Positions 13,513 through 23,800 of a stretch of 64,000 nt of DNA are shown here, piece by piece. The stretch comes from Octopus vulgaris (Eukaryota): the NCBI GenBank assembly GCA_951406725.2, contig OX597828.1, positions 19,282,001 to 19,346,000 on the forward strand, given 5' to 3'. Positions within the stretch are counted from its first letter, which is position 1; each line of letters starts with the position of its first letter. The notes under the pieces were generated by a model that saw nothing but the letters and a program-made list of their open reading frames with translations, ran no database searches and was not told the origin of the DNA. The translations under genes were made by a program, and so were the position numbers.

Positions 13513-14414
13513 TATTGATTGAGATAGTGGTGCATGCCATCAAAGTAACACTGGGGTAAAATATACAAAGCCCAGTATACCCATCATGACTATCCGTCTG
13601 ATAAGGATACACTGGGCACATGCATCACAACCATATGTGCGCAGGCAGGTACGTTGATAAGCAAGTAGGTAGGGTGGGGTGGGGGGCAGGCAGGTAGGTA
13701 GATACGCAGGTTTCTTCCAGTTTCTGTTAACCAAATCCACTCACAAGGTTTTGATTGTCCCAGGACCAAAGTACAAGACACTTGCACAATGCGACACCCT
13801 GTGGGATTGAACCTGAGACCACATAGTCAACCCCACAGCAACACCTGCACCTATAACCACAGATGTGCCTAATCACTTCTTCATATTAAATTTTGTTTAT
13901 TTTTAAAACAAAGTACCAATGTCGATCTGAAGACAGCATCTATGCCACTTTGGTCATTAAAAATTCCTAATTTGATGGGTTATATCAAAAGTGTTGCTGA
14001 GAACTGGAGGCCTTGACTTCAGGTTCAAGACCACACTGGTTTGATGAGTCTGCTCTGCCACAATGACTTGACATGACTTGGCAGCAGAATGCAGTTTAGT
14101 CTCATACCTAAAGAAAGTGAACAACAAATACTATGGGGATGTGCAGCTTTTGGTACATTGAATCAAATCATAAGTAGTAATTTTGCTATGCTCAAAAGGA
14201 AAGGTCTTCAGCCAGTGTGTTTTGCTTATGATAACATAGACGACCAGCAAAAGTTTTGAAAATAAATTAAGATCAACACAAAGAACCATGGAAAGGAGAA
14301 CGCTAAAGATTAACAAAAATGGATAAGTGGAGAATCAACAGGATAAGAGCAGCAACAGATTTAACAGATATTACCTGGAAAAAAAAAATTCTGAAATGGT
14401 TTTTTTGGTAGGGA

Positions 14415-15206
14415 CGTAAAAAGCACCATTCGAGCGTGATTGTTACCAGCGTCCCCTTACTGGCACTTGTGCCGGTGGCATATGAAAAAACATTTGAGCG
14501 AGGTCATTGCCAGTGCCGCTGGACTGGCTCCTGTGCAGGTGGCATGAAAAAAACGCCATTTGAGTGTGGCCATTGCTAGTACCGCCTGACTGGCCCTCGT
14601 GCTGGTGGCACGTAAAAGCACACACTACAGTCTCAAAGTGGTTGGCATTAGGAAGGGCATCCAGCTGTAGAAACTCTACCAGATCAAGATTGGAACCTGG
14701 TGCAGCCATCTGGATCGCCAGTCCTCAGTCAAATCGTCCAACCCATGCCAGCATGGAAAGCAGATGTTAGAGCGGCTAACCGGCTTCCATGCCAGTGGTA
14801 CATAAAAGGCACCATTCGAGTGTGATCGTTACCAACGTCGCCTTACTGGCACTTGTACCCGTGCTAGTAGGATGCCAAGAGCACCATCCGAGCGTGATCA
14901 TTGCTAGAGGGAACCATTCGTGCGTGATCATTACCAGCGTTGCCTTACTGGCACCTGTGCCGGTGGCATGTGTACAAGATTTGAGCAGGGTCATTGCCAG
15001 TACCGCCTGACTGGCCTCCATGCAGGTAGCACGTAAAAAGCACCCACTACACTCTCGGAGTTGTTGGCATTAGGAATGGCATGCAGCTGTAGAAACTCTG
15101 CCAGATCAAGACTGGAGCCTGGTGCAGCAATCTGGTTCGCCAGCCCACAGTCAAAATCGTCCAACCCATGCTAGCATGGAAAGCGGGCATTAAACAATGA
15201 TGATGA
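14415..15206 (+). mobile_element. Two tandem RTE 3'-UTR-derived repeats (copy ~44308-45073; minus-strand copies ~20790-21230 and ~55700-56120)
   Basis: Repeated gcaccattcgagcgtgatcgttaccagcgtcgccttactggcac units, plus the shared ggaagggcatccagctgtagaaactctgcc tail and (GAT)n end. Confidence 0.7.
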
Positions 15207-15789
15207 TATGTGTTTTAAAGAAAGGACAATAAATGGAATAGCAAATTGACAGAGTGGACACCACATACAGAAGAAATGAAATGAAAGATTATGCAGAAGT
15301 TGGAATGAAAACTTTGTTAAATTCTTCAGCATCCAAACATGCATGAGGGAAACATCTGGCCATGGTTGGTAGAAAGAACGTACTGAGCAGGGGTGTATAT
15401 CCTGGATGTTCTAGGTGTGCGCTGCACCATCATCGAAAATGGTAAATTCATTATGAACATTGATCTTACTTATTAATTTAATCATAAATCATAGTGGAAA
15501 ACTTTTGTTATACCTCTGCTTGAAATTGGCATGTATCCTGAAATAGCACTGTGCAACTCAGCTCATTGTATCATAATATAGTACCAGGCATATCATAGAA
15601 TAATGGGGAAAAGGCAAAAAATTAATAACAATGGGTGTGTGACAGCTTTGACAGCACAGTCACGTGTTCATTTTTGTTGTGAGAAGTTGTATGTTTAAAT
15701 TAATTTAAAATTCCTAAACTAAAGCTAATTTTTCTTACAGGTATTTTATCCTTACTATATCATCATATATTCTATTTATTTTATTTATA

Positions 15790-16076
15790 TACCCTTTTCA
15801 AGCCTAGCCAGGTTCATGGGCCCAGTTTCCCGGTTTCTATGGCATATGTGTCCCCCCTGCTGGACAGGATGCCAGTCCATCGCAGCATTACTCAAGAAAC
15901 AGGAAGAGAGAGTGAGAGAAAGTTGGGGCAAAAGAGTACAACAGGGGTCGCCGCCACCCCCTGCTGGAACCTCTTGGAGCTTTAGATGTTTTTGCTCAAT
16001 AAACACACATAACGCCCGGTCTGGGAATCGAAACTGCGACTCCACTGCCCTAACTACTGGGCCATTGTGCCTCCAC
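15790..16076 (-). mobile_element. SINE-like repeat (copy at ~45660-45946)
   Basis: Minus-strand head with A-box-like TGGCCCAGTAG and B-box-like GTTTCGATTCCC. Confidence 0.55.
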
Positions 16077-17234
16077 ATATATCATCATATAACTGTGATC
16101 TTAATTTTTTTTTTCAAACTAATAATACACTTTTAGAAGTCAAAAACAAAACCTAAGTTAGATCAAATACTGAAAGATTGTGTTGATATTTTGCTCAGTG
16201 AATTTTGTGATTTTCTGAGTTATGTTCTTAGGCATTTTATTTGAAATTTAATTAGTGTTGATCTTAAATGTTTTTATATTAATAAAAATACACACTTTTA
16301 ATTTAATTTTCAGTGAATATATGCTGATTAGTAACAAAATTTAAGAGCTTCACAGCCTAAATTGTACCTGTGAGATGACTGTTTAGCAAGGTGGCAAGCT
16401 GGCAGAAATGTTAGCGCGCCACACAAAATGCTTAGCGGTATTTCATCTGTCATTACGTACTGAGTTCAAATTCTGCCGAGGTCGACTTTGCCTTTCATCC
16501 TTTCGGGGTCGATAAATTAAGTACCAGTTACGCACTGGAGTCAATGTAATCGACTTAATCCGTTTGTCTGTCCTTGTTTGTCCCCTCTATGTTTAGCCCC
16601 TTGTGGGCAATAAAGAAATAAGAAACCTGTGTAGCCTAGTATAATACCAAGTAAAGTATGGTCATGTACTATGAATGGCTGAGGAAAGCTGTACAAAGGA
16701 CAATCCAATTATCTATTTACATTCTAACATAATATACTATGAATATAATATAATATAGGTGCAGGAGTGGTTGTGTGGTAAGTAGCTTGCTAACCAACCA
16801 CATGGTTCCAGGTTCAGTCCCACTGCGTGGCACCTTGGGCAAGTGTCTTCTACTATAGCCTCAAGCCGGCCAAAGCCTTGTGAGTGGATTTGGTAGACGG
16901 AAACTGAAAGAGGCTCGTCGTATATATGTATATATATGTATATATATACATATATATATGTATATATATGTGTGTGTATGTGTGTGCGTTTGTGTGTCTG
17001 TGTTTGTCCCCCTAGCATTGCTTGACAACCGATGCTGGTGTGTTTATGTCCCCGTTACTTAGCGGTTTGGCAAAAGAGACCGATAGAATAAGTACTAGGC
17101 TTACAAAAGAATAAGTCCCAGGCTTGAAAATAAGTAATGGGGTTGATTTATTTGACTGACCCCTTCAGGTCACTGCCCCAGTATCATTGCAGTTCAATAA
17201 TTGAAACAAGTAAAAAATAACAGACAGAAGGTGC

Positions 17235-17275
<41 letters not shown>

Positions 17276-17447
17276 TGCAGGAGTGGCTGTGTGGTAAGTA
17301 CTTGTTTACCAACTACATGGTTCCGGGTTCAGTCCCACTGCGTGGCACCTTGAGCAAGTTTCTTCTACTATAGCCTCGGGCCAACCAAAGCCTTGTGAGT
17401 GGATTTGGTAGACGGAAACTGAAAGAAGCCCATCGTATATATGTATA

Positions 17448-17484
<37 letters not shown>

Positions 17485-17713
17485 GCGTGTGTGTGTTTGT
17501 GTGTCTGTGTTTGTCCCCCTAGCATTGCTTGACAAGCGATGCTGGTGTGTTTATGTCCCCGTTACTTAGCGGTTCGGCAAAAGAGCCTGATAGAATAAGT
17601 ACTGGGCTTACAAAAGAATAAGTCCCGGGGTCGAGTTGCACAGTTAAAGGCGGTGCTCCAGCATGGCCGCAGTCAAATGACCGAAACAAGTAAAAGAGTA
17701 AAGAGTAATATCA

Positions 17714-18305
17714 ATCATCATCATCATCATCATCATCATCGTTTAACCAGGAGGCTGCACTAGGCCCCAATCTGACCTGGCAGTGTTTCTACAGCTGGAT
17801 GTCCTTCCTAACACCAACCACTCCAAGAGTGTAGTGGGTGCCTTTTACATGCCACCAGCACGGAAGCCAGTCAAAGCGGCACTGGCATTGGCCACATTTG
17901 GATGGTGCTTTTTACGTGCTACCAGCACGGGCTCACAACTACAATTTCCATTTGATTTGATGTTGATCTACTTGACTCAATAGGTCACCTCAAGAATGGC
18001 ATGTCATTCTACGATCCAAGGTACTTTTGAGTGGGCTGGCTATGCAACACTGGTGTAGGTTACAACTGAAGATTCACTTTATTTGCGGGGTCTTCTCAGT
18101 CACAGCATACCTCCAGAGGTCTCGGTCTTTTGTCATTGCCTCTGTGAGGCTTAATATTTGAAGGTCATGCTTCACCACCTCATCCTATGTCTTCTTGGGT
18201 CTCCCTCTACCCTGGATTCCTGCCACTATTTGGGAGTGGCACTTCTTCACAGCTCTCCTCATCCATCCACAGTATATGACCATACCAACGCAAACGTCTC
18301 TCATT
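17714..18305 (-). mobile_element. RTE-type LINE 3' end (copy at ~48363-49000)
   Basis: Minus strand gives WYGH...GRGRPKKT*DEVVKHDL..LSLTEAMTKDRDLWRYAV, then a 3' UTR ending in (GAT)n. Confidence 0.7.
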
Positions 18306-18408
18306 GGTATGGTCATGTACTATGAATGGATGAGGAAAGCTGTACAAAGGACAATCCAATTATCTATTTACATTATAACATAATATACTATGAATATAAT
18401 ATAATATA

Positions 18409-18857
18409 GGTGCAGGAGTGGCTGTGTGGTAAGTAGCTTGCTAACCAGCCACATGGTTCCAGGTTCAGTCCCACTGCATGGCACCTTGGGCAAGTGTCTT
18501 CTACTATAGCCTCGGGCCGACCAAAGCCTTGTGAGTGGATTTGGTAGACGGAAACTGAAAGAGGCTCGTCGTATATATGTATATATATGTATATATATAC
18601 ATATATATATGTATATATATGTGTGTGTGTGTGTATGTGTGTGCGTTTGTGTGTCTGTGTTTGTCCCCCTAGCATTACTTGACAACCGATGCTGGTGTGT
18701 TTATGTCCCCGTTACTTAGCGGTTTGGCAAAAGAGACCGATAGAATAAGTACTAGGCTTACAAGAGAATAAGTCCCGGGGTCGAGTTGCTCGATTAAAGG
18801 CGGTGCTCCAGCATGGCCGCAGTCAAATGACTGAAACAAGTAAAAGAGTAAAAGAGT
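18409..18857 (+). mobile_element. tRNA-derived SINE family 1 with internal (TA)n(TG)n microsatellite (representative copy)
   Basis: A-box TGGCTGTGTGG, B-box GGTTCAGTCCC, tail gtaaaagagtaaaagag. Other + copies at ~9196-9580, 9800-9958, 10873-11380, 16758-17122, 17274-17706, 21262-21667, 47930-48356, 49106-49578, 56149-56541. Confidence 0.85.
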
Positions 18858-18960
18858 AACTAACAATTATTTGAAAAAACAAAACAGCCAACAATTTGTT
18901 TCGACTTATATACATTTTTTAATATACAAACAATTCAATTCCCTTATTGAATTTGAATTG

Positions 18961-19297
18961 AGACCCCTTTCGGTCATGACTGACCGTGGGATTGCCCCTA
19001 GAAAGTTACCCTCCGAGGCACGAGTCCGGGCAAGGTTGTTTATGGAAGACTGGCAGTCGCCCATGCATACTGACCTCCCCTCTTCACGCCACCAGTGTTA
19101 TCCAAGGGAAAGGCAAAGGGGCTGATACAGCTTGGCACCTGTGACGTCGCAACTCATTTCTACAGCTGAGTGAAGTGGAGCAACGCGAAATAAAGTGTCT
19201 TGCTCTAGAACACAACATGCAGCCCGGTCTGGGACTCGAACTCACAACCTCATGGTCGTAAGATCGACGCTTTAACCACTGAACCATACACCTTCAC
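18961..19297 (-). mobile_element. tRNA-derived SINE family 3 (other copies ~22458-22793, 49681-49999, 57647-57982)
   Basis: Minus-strand head gtgaaggtgtaTGGTTCAGTGGttaaagcg...GAGTTCGAGTCCc, then gtgttc-tgagcaagacactttatttc. Four copies in the window. Confidence 0.8.
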
Positions 19298-19531
19298 CGG
19301 AAGAAATACTGCTAATATATTTGTGCAGCATCCTAACGATTCTACCAGCTCGCCGCTTTTGAGGGCCTAACAATAATGAATGCCAGCGTGTAGAATAAAA
19401 AAGAGAAAGCGAGCGAAATGATGGAACAAGACGCAGTGATGCGAGACTGAAAATATTTCACTTCCGAATAATACAATTCTTCAAAATATTGAAAACATGA
19501 CACATAACACTGAAGAAGTCTTTCTACACAC

Positions 19532-19621
19532 CAGTTGCCCTGATGAGGCTTATATATAAGGGAATTGAATTGTTTATATATTAAAAAATGTATATAAGTC
19601 GAAACAAATTGTTGGCTATTT
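19532..19621 (+). ncRNA. Candidate type I hammerhead ribozyme
   Basis: CTGATGA at 19540-19546; stem II ggcttatata (19547-19556) pairs with tatataagtc (19591-19600); GAAAC at 19601; near-palindromic stem III acaa-a-ttgt; GUU triplet; weak stem I gttgcc/ggctat. Confidence 0.65.
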
Positions 19622-22600
19622 TGTTTTTTTAAATGATTGTTTCTTATATTATATTCATAGTATATTATGTTATATTATGATATAAATAAATTATTTGATT
19701 GTCATTTGTAACTCTCTATTTAATTTATTATATATAATTTGCATTATACCCATATTTATGTGGTATTCAACCACAAGTGAATTGGATATTTTACACATGC
19801 CGTTGAAGGAATTTTTTCCTTTGTTTGTTACCTCATATTTATATATATATATATACATTTGCTTCAGTCATTAGACTGTGGCCATACTGGGGCACCATCT
19901 TGAAGAGATTTTAGGCAAACGAATTGACTCCAATATTTTTTATTTAACCCTGGTTCTCATTCTGTTGGTTATTTTGTCGAACTGCTAAGTTACATACACA
20001 TAAGCAAACAAACACCAGTTGTGGTGGAGGACAAAAAGAGATACACGGACTCTTAGGGAGGAGCGAGCCTGTTTTCTCTCGGTAGTTGCTATGGCGAAAG
20101 AAGACGAGATTAAAAGGAATTGCAACAGGCATGTTTATCTCCAGTCTCCAGCTAATCAACTTTTTCGTTTTCCACATGAAACGGAAAATAAGGCTGGAGA
20201 AGAAATGCCTGTCGCAAAGTGTGTTTCGTAAAAGATGGAAGTCTATAGCAAATATGTTGCGAGTGAAAGAACCTGTTTAATTGAGAATGTAAAAAAGGAG
20301 AAAGCAAAGTCTTCAGTGTGAGTATGGGGTTTGTGGGGTCAACTGCGTCCTCCGCTTCATTTTTTGTTATTCACTCATTCTCATTTAATTGTATAGATTT
20401 TAATTGTTTGTTTATTCGTACGTTTCGTCTCATTCGATACCCTGACCCCAACGTTTGTTTTGTCCCCTCTTTTTCTCAACCTTATGGTGAATAAACAAAT
20501 ACTCTCTCTCTCTCTCTCTCACACACATACACACACTGTGCTTCTTTCAGATTCTCTCTACCAAATCCACTTATAAGGCTTCACTTGTGCCCGAAGCTAT
20601 AGTAGAAGACATTTGCTCTAATGCTCCACCCTGTGGGACTGAACCTAGAAGCATATGGTTGGGAAGCAAACTTCTTACCACACAGCTACACCTGTGCTCA
20701 TACACACAAACACACACACATATATTCATATATATATTATACTCAGCCACAAAGATTGCTTCCACACAGTTTCTGCGCACAAAATTCACATCATCATCAT
20801 CGTTTAACGTCCGCTTTCCATGCTAGCACAGGTTGGACGATTTTGACTGAGGGCTGGCAAACCAGATGGCTGCACCGGGCTCCAATCTTGATCTGGCAGA
20901 GTTTCTACAGCTGGATGCCCTTCATAACGCCAACCACTCCGAGAGTGTAGTGAGTGCTTTTTACATGCCATCTGCACGGAGGCCAGTCAGGCGGTACTGG
21001 CAATGACCTCGCTCGAATCTTTTTACACGTGCTACCGGCACAGGTGCCAGTAAGGCTGCGCTGGTAACGTTCATGCATGAATGGTGCCCTGTGGCAACAA
21101 TCACACTCGGATGGTGCTCTCGGCACCCTACTAGCACGGGCACAAGTGCTAGTAAGGCGATGCTGGCAACGATAACACGCGAATGGTGCTTTTTATGTGC
21201 CACTGGTATGGAAGCCAGTTAGCCGCTCTGTCAACATGCTGCATATTTCATTTTTTATATAGGTGCAGGAGAAGCTGTGAGGTAAGTAGTTTGCTTACCA
21301 ACCACATGGTTCCGGGTTCATTCCCACTGCATGGCACCTTGGGCAAGTGTCTTCTACTATAGCCTCGGGCCAACCAAAACCTTGTGAGTGGATTTGGTAG
21401 ATGGAAACTGAAAGAAGCCCGTCGTATATATATATATATATATATGTATACTTGTGTGAGTGTTTATGTGTTTGTGTTTGTTCTCCCCAACATAGCTTGA
21501 CAACCGATGGTGGTGTGTTTACATCCCCGTAAATTAGCGGTTCAGCAAAAGAGACCAATAGAATAAGTACTAGGCTTACAAAGAATAAGTCCTGGGGCCG
21601 ATTTGTTCGACTTAAGGTGGTGCTCCAGCATGGCCACAGTCAAATGAGTGAAACAAGTAGAAGAGTATGTATAATTACTATATGACATGAGTCTATGACC
21701 GATTGCTGTATTTTTATGCATTTCGAAATTTGAGGGCAATATCAGTTTATTTGAATAGATTTTGAGAGCATTCCTTAAAATTACTTTCATTCTTATGCTA
21801 TGTAGTCACTCAACATGCTAGAACTAGTGCCAAGCCTCCTTCAATTAACAAAAAGACAGGATTTTAATGGTTAGAATACCTTTGAAATTAGGTTACCTTA
21901 ATCATGTCTGAGCTAAAATAAAAATGACTAAAGCTGCTGCTTCTACTACTCCCATTTGTACTACTACTGCTACTACTACTACTACTACAGATAATGGTTT
22001 CAGATTTTGGCACAAGGCCAGCAATTTTAGTGGCAGGAGATTATTGGTTACATTAACCTCAATACATGACTGGTACTTGGATTTCTCAACCCTCCTCTAC
22101 AGTGAAGGCCAAGCTGACCTCAGCAAAATTTCAATTCAGAAAATAAAGAGCTGAATGAAATACCACTAAATATTTTGTTCAACATTCTAACGAGTCTGCT
22201 CACTCATCACTGACGAGATAATAATTAATACAAATCATAATTTCTAATGTGGGCAAAGGGCCTGAAATTTTGAAATGGGAGTAGAAGGGGCTTAATTGGT
22301 ACCATGGACACCAGTATTTAACTGTATCTTGATTTTATTGAATCTGAAAGAATAAAGGCAAAATTGATCTTGGTGGGATTTGAACTCAGGACATAAAGAG
22401 ACAGAAGAAACAACACATAACATTTTACCCCATGTGCCAATGATAATAATGCTGAGCTGAGACCCTCTTCGGTCATGACTGACCATGGGATTGCACCTTG
22501 AAAGTTACCCTCTCAGGCACAAGTCCGGGCAAGGTTGTTTATGGAAGACCAGCAGTCGCCCACGCATACCAGCCTCCCCTCTCCACACCACCAGTGTTAT

Positions 22601-23761
22601 CCAAGGGAAAGGCAAAGGCCGTTACAGCTTGGCACCTGTGACGTCACAACTCATTTCTACAGCTGAGTGAACTAGAGCAACGTGAAATAAAGTGTCTTGC
22701 TCAAGAACACAACACGCAGCCCGCTCCATGATTTGAACTCACAACCTCACGATTGTAAGCTCGATGCTCTAACCACTGAGCCTTGCACCTTCACATAATA
22801 ATAATAATAATCCTGAAATTTGGTGGGAGGGGACTAGTTGATTACATTGACCCCAGTGTTTAACTGGTACTTAATTTATCGACTCGGAAAGGATGAAAAA
22901 CAAAGTTGACCAGAATTTGAAATCAGAACATAGCAGCAGACAAAATACGGCTAAGCATTTCACCCAGCATGCTAACGATTCTGCGAGTTTGCCGCTTTGA
23001 TGATGATGATAATGATGATGACAACAACATCAACAACAACAACAACAGTAAACATAATGAGCCAATTCAATATACACTATGGGGTTTATTGACCTGCTAC
23101 AAGTAACAAGCACCTCTCTCAAGTCATGACCTGCAGTCTTTAAAACATAGGAAGAAGACATAGGATGATATAGTCTAAGATAAACTGTGTCATGAGAGAT
23201 GGCTTGATTGTGACTAGAATTTATTTTTATTATAGTTTTCTCTGTTTAGGTTTGACTTAAGTTTCAACAACAATAACATACCAACAAGAAACAGTAACAA
23301 ATTCTCCCTCATATCACACTCAGCCATCTCTAAATGAGGAGAATCACACTATATAATGTAGAACTAGATAAGCTGTGCATGTACAGAGATGGGATTGTCA
23401 TGGGCAATACACTTTTCACTATCATTGTGGTGGAACAAGGTCAAGCTGGAGCAAAATATGATTGTCTCTGACAACATTGTCATCATTTGTGTACCATCTC
23501 TACCTCATTCACCAGCACAAGGGCACAACTAGTGGCAACAGTAGTTTTAGTAGTAGTAGGAGTTGTAGCAGCAACAGCAGTGGTAATAGATTCTTCATAC
23601 TTCCACATACACATACATGTGCACCTCCAGGAACATTATCAGGATAACTGCTGTCAATGGACCTGGCAATTAGAAGTCATATTTACTTAGCACTATCATC
23701 TCTTGCCAAAAATAAAATAACCTTTTAAATGCAACATGTATATATCATTTCTAAATAAGAT

Positions 23762-23784
23762 GTTTCTCCTTCTATTTTATCTAG
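23762..23784 (+). promoter_or_regulatory. Putative 3' splice acceptor before gene A (copy at 58950-58972 before D)
   Basis: gtttctccttctattttatctAG ends 16 nt before the ATG. Confidence 0.6.
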
Positions 23785-23800
23785 CACTTTCATTGCAAAC

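Noticed and set aside
12714-15021. Regularly repeated ~40-60 bp units resembling a CRISPR array
   Set aside because: Degenerate tandem units in an RTE 3' UTR, with no unique spacers and no cas genes, in a eukaryotic context.
19225-19297. tRNA-like sequences with A and B boxes
   Set aside because: These are SINE heads that continue into SINE bodies; no complete cloverleaf was found.
1585-22225. Other CTGANGA motifs (e.g. ~1590, ~13927, ~19510, ~22210) as additional hammerheads
   Set aside because: No stem II closed by GAAA follows them.
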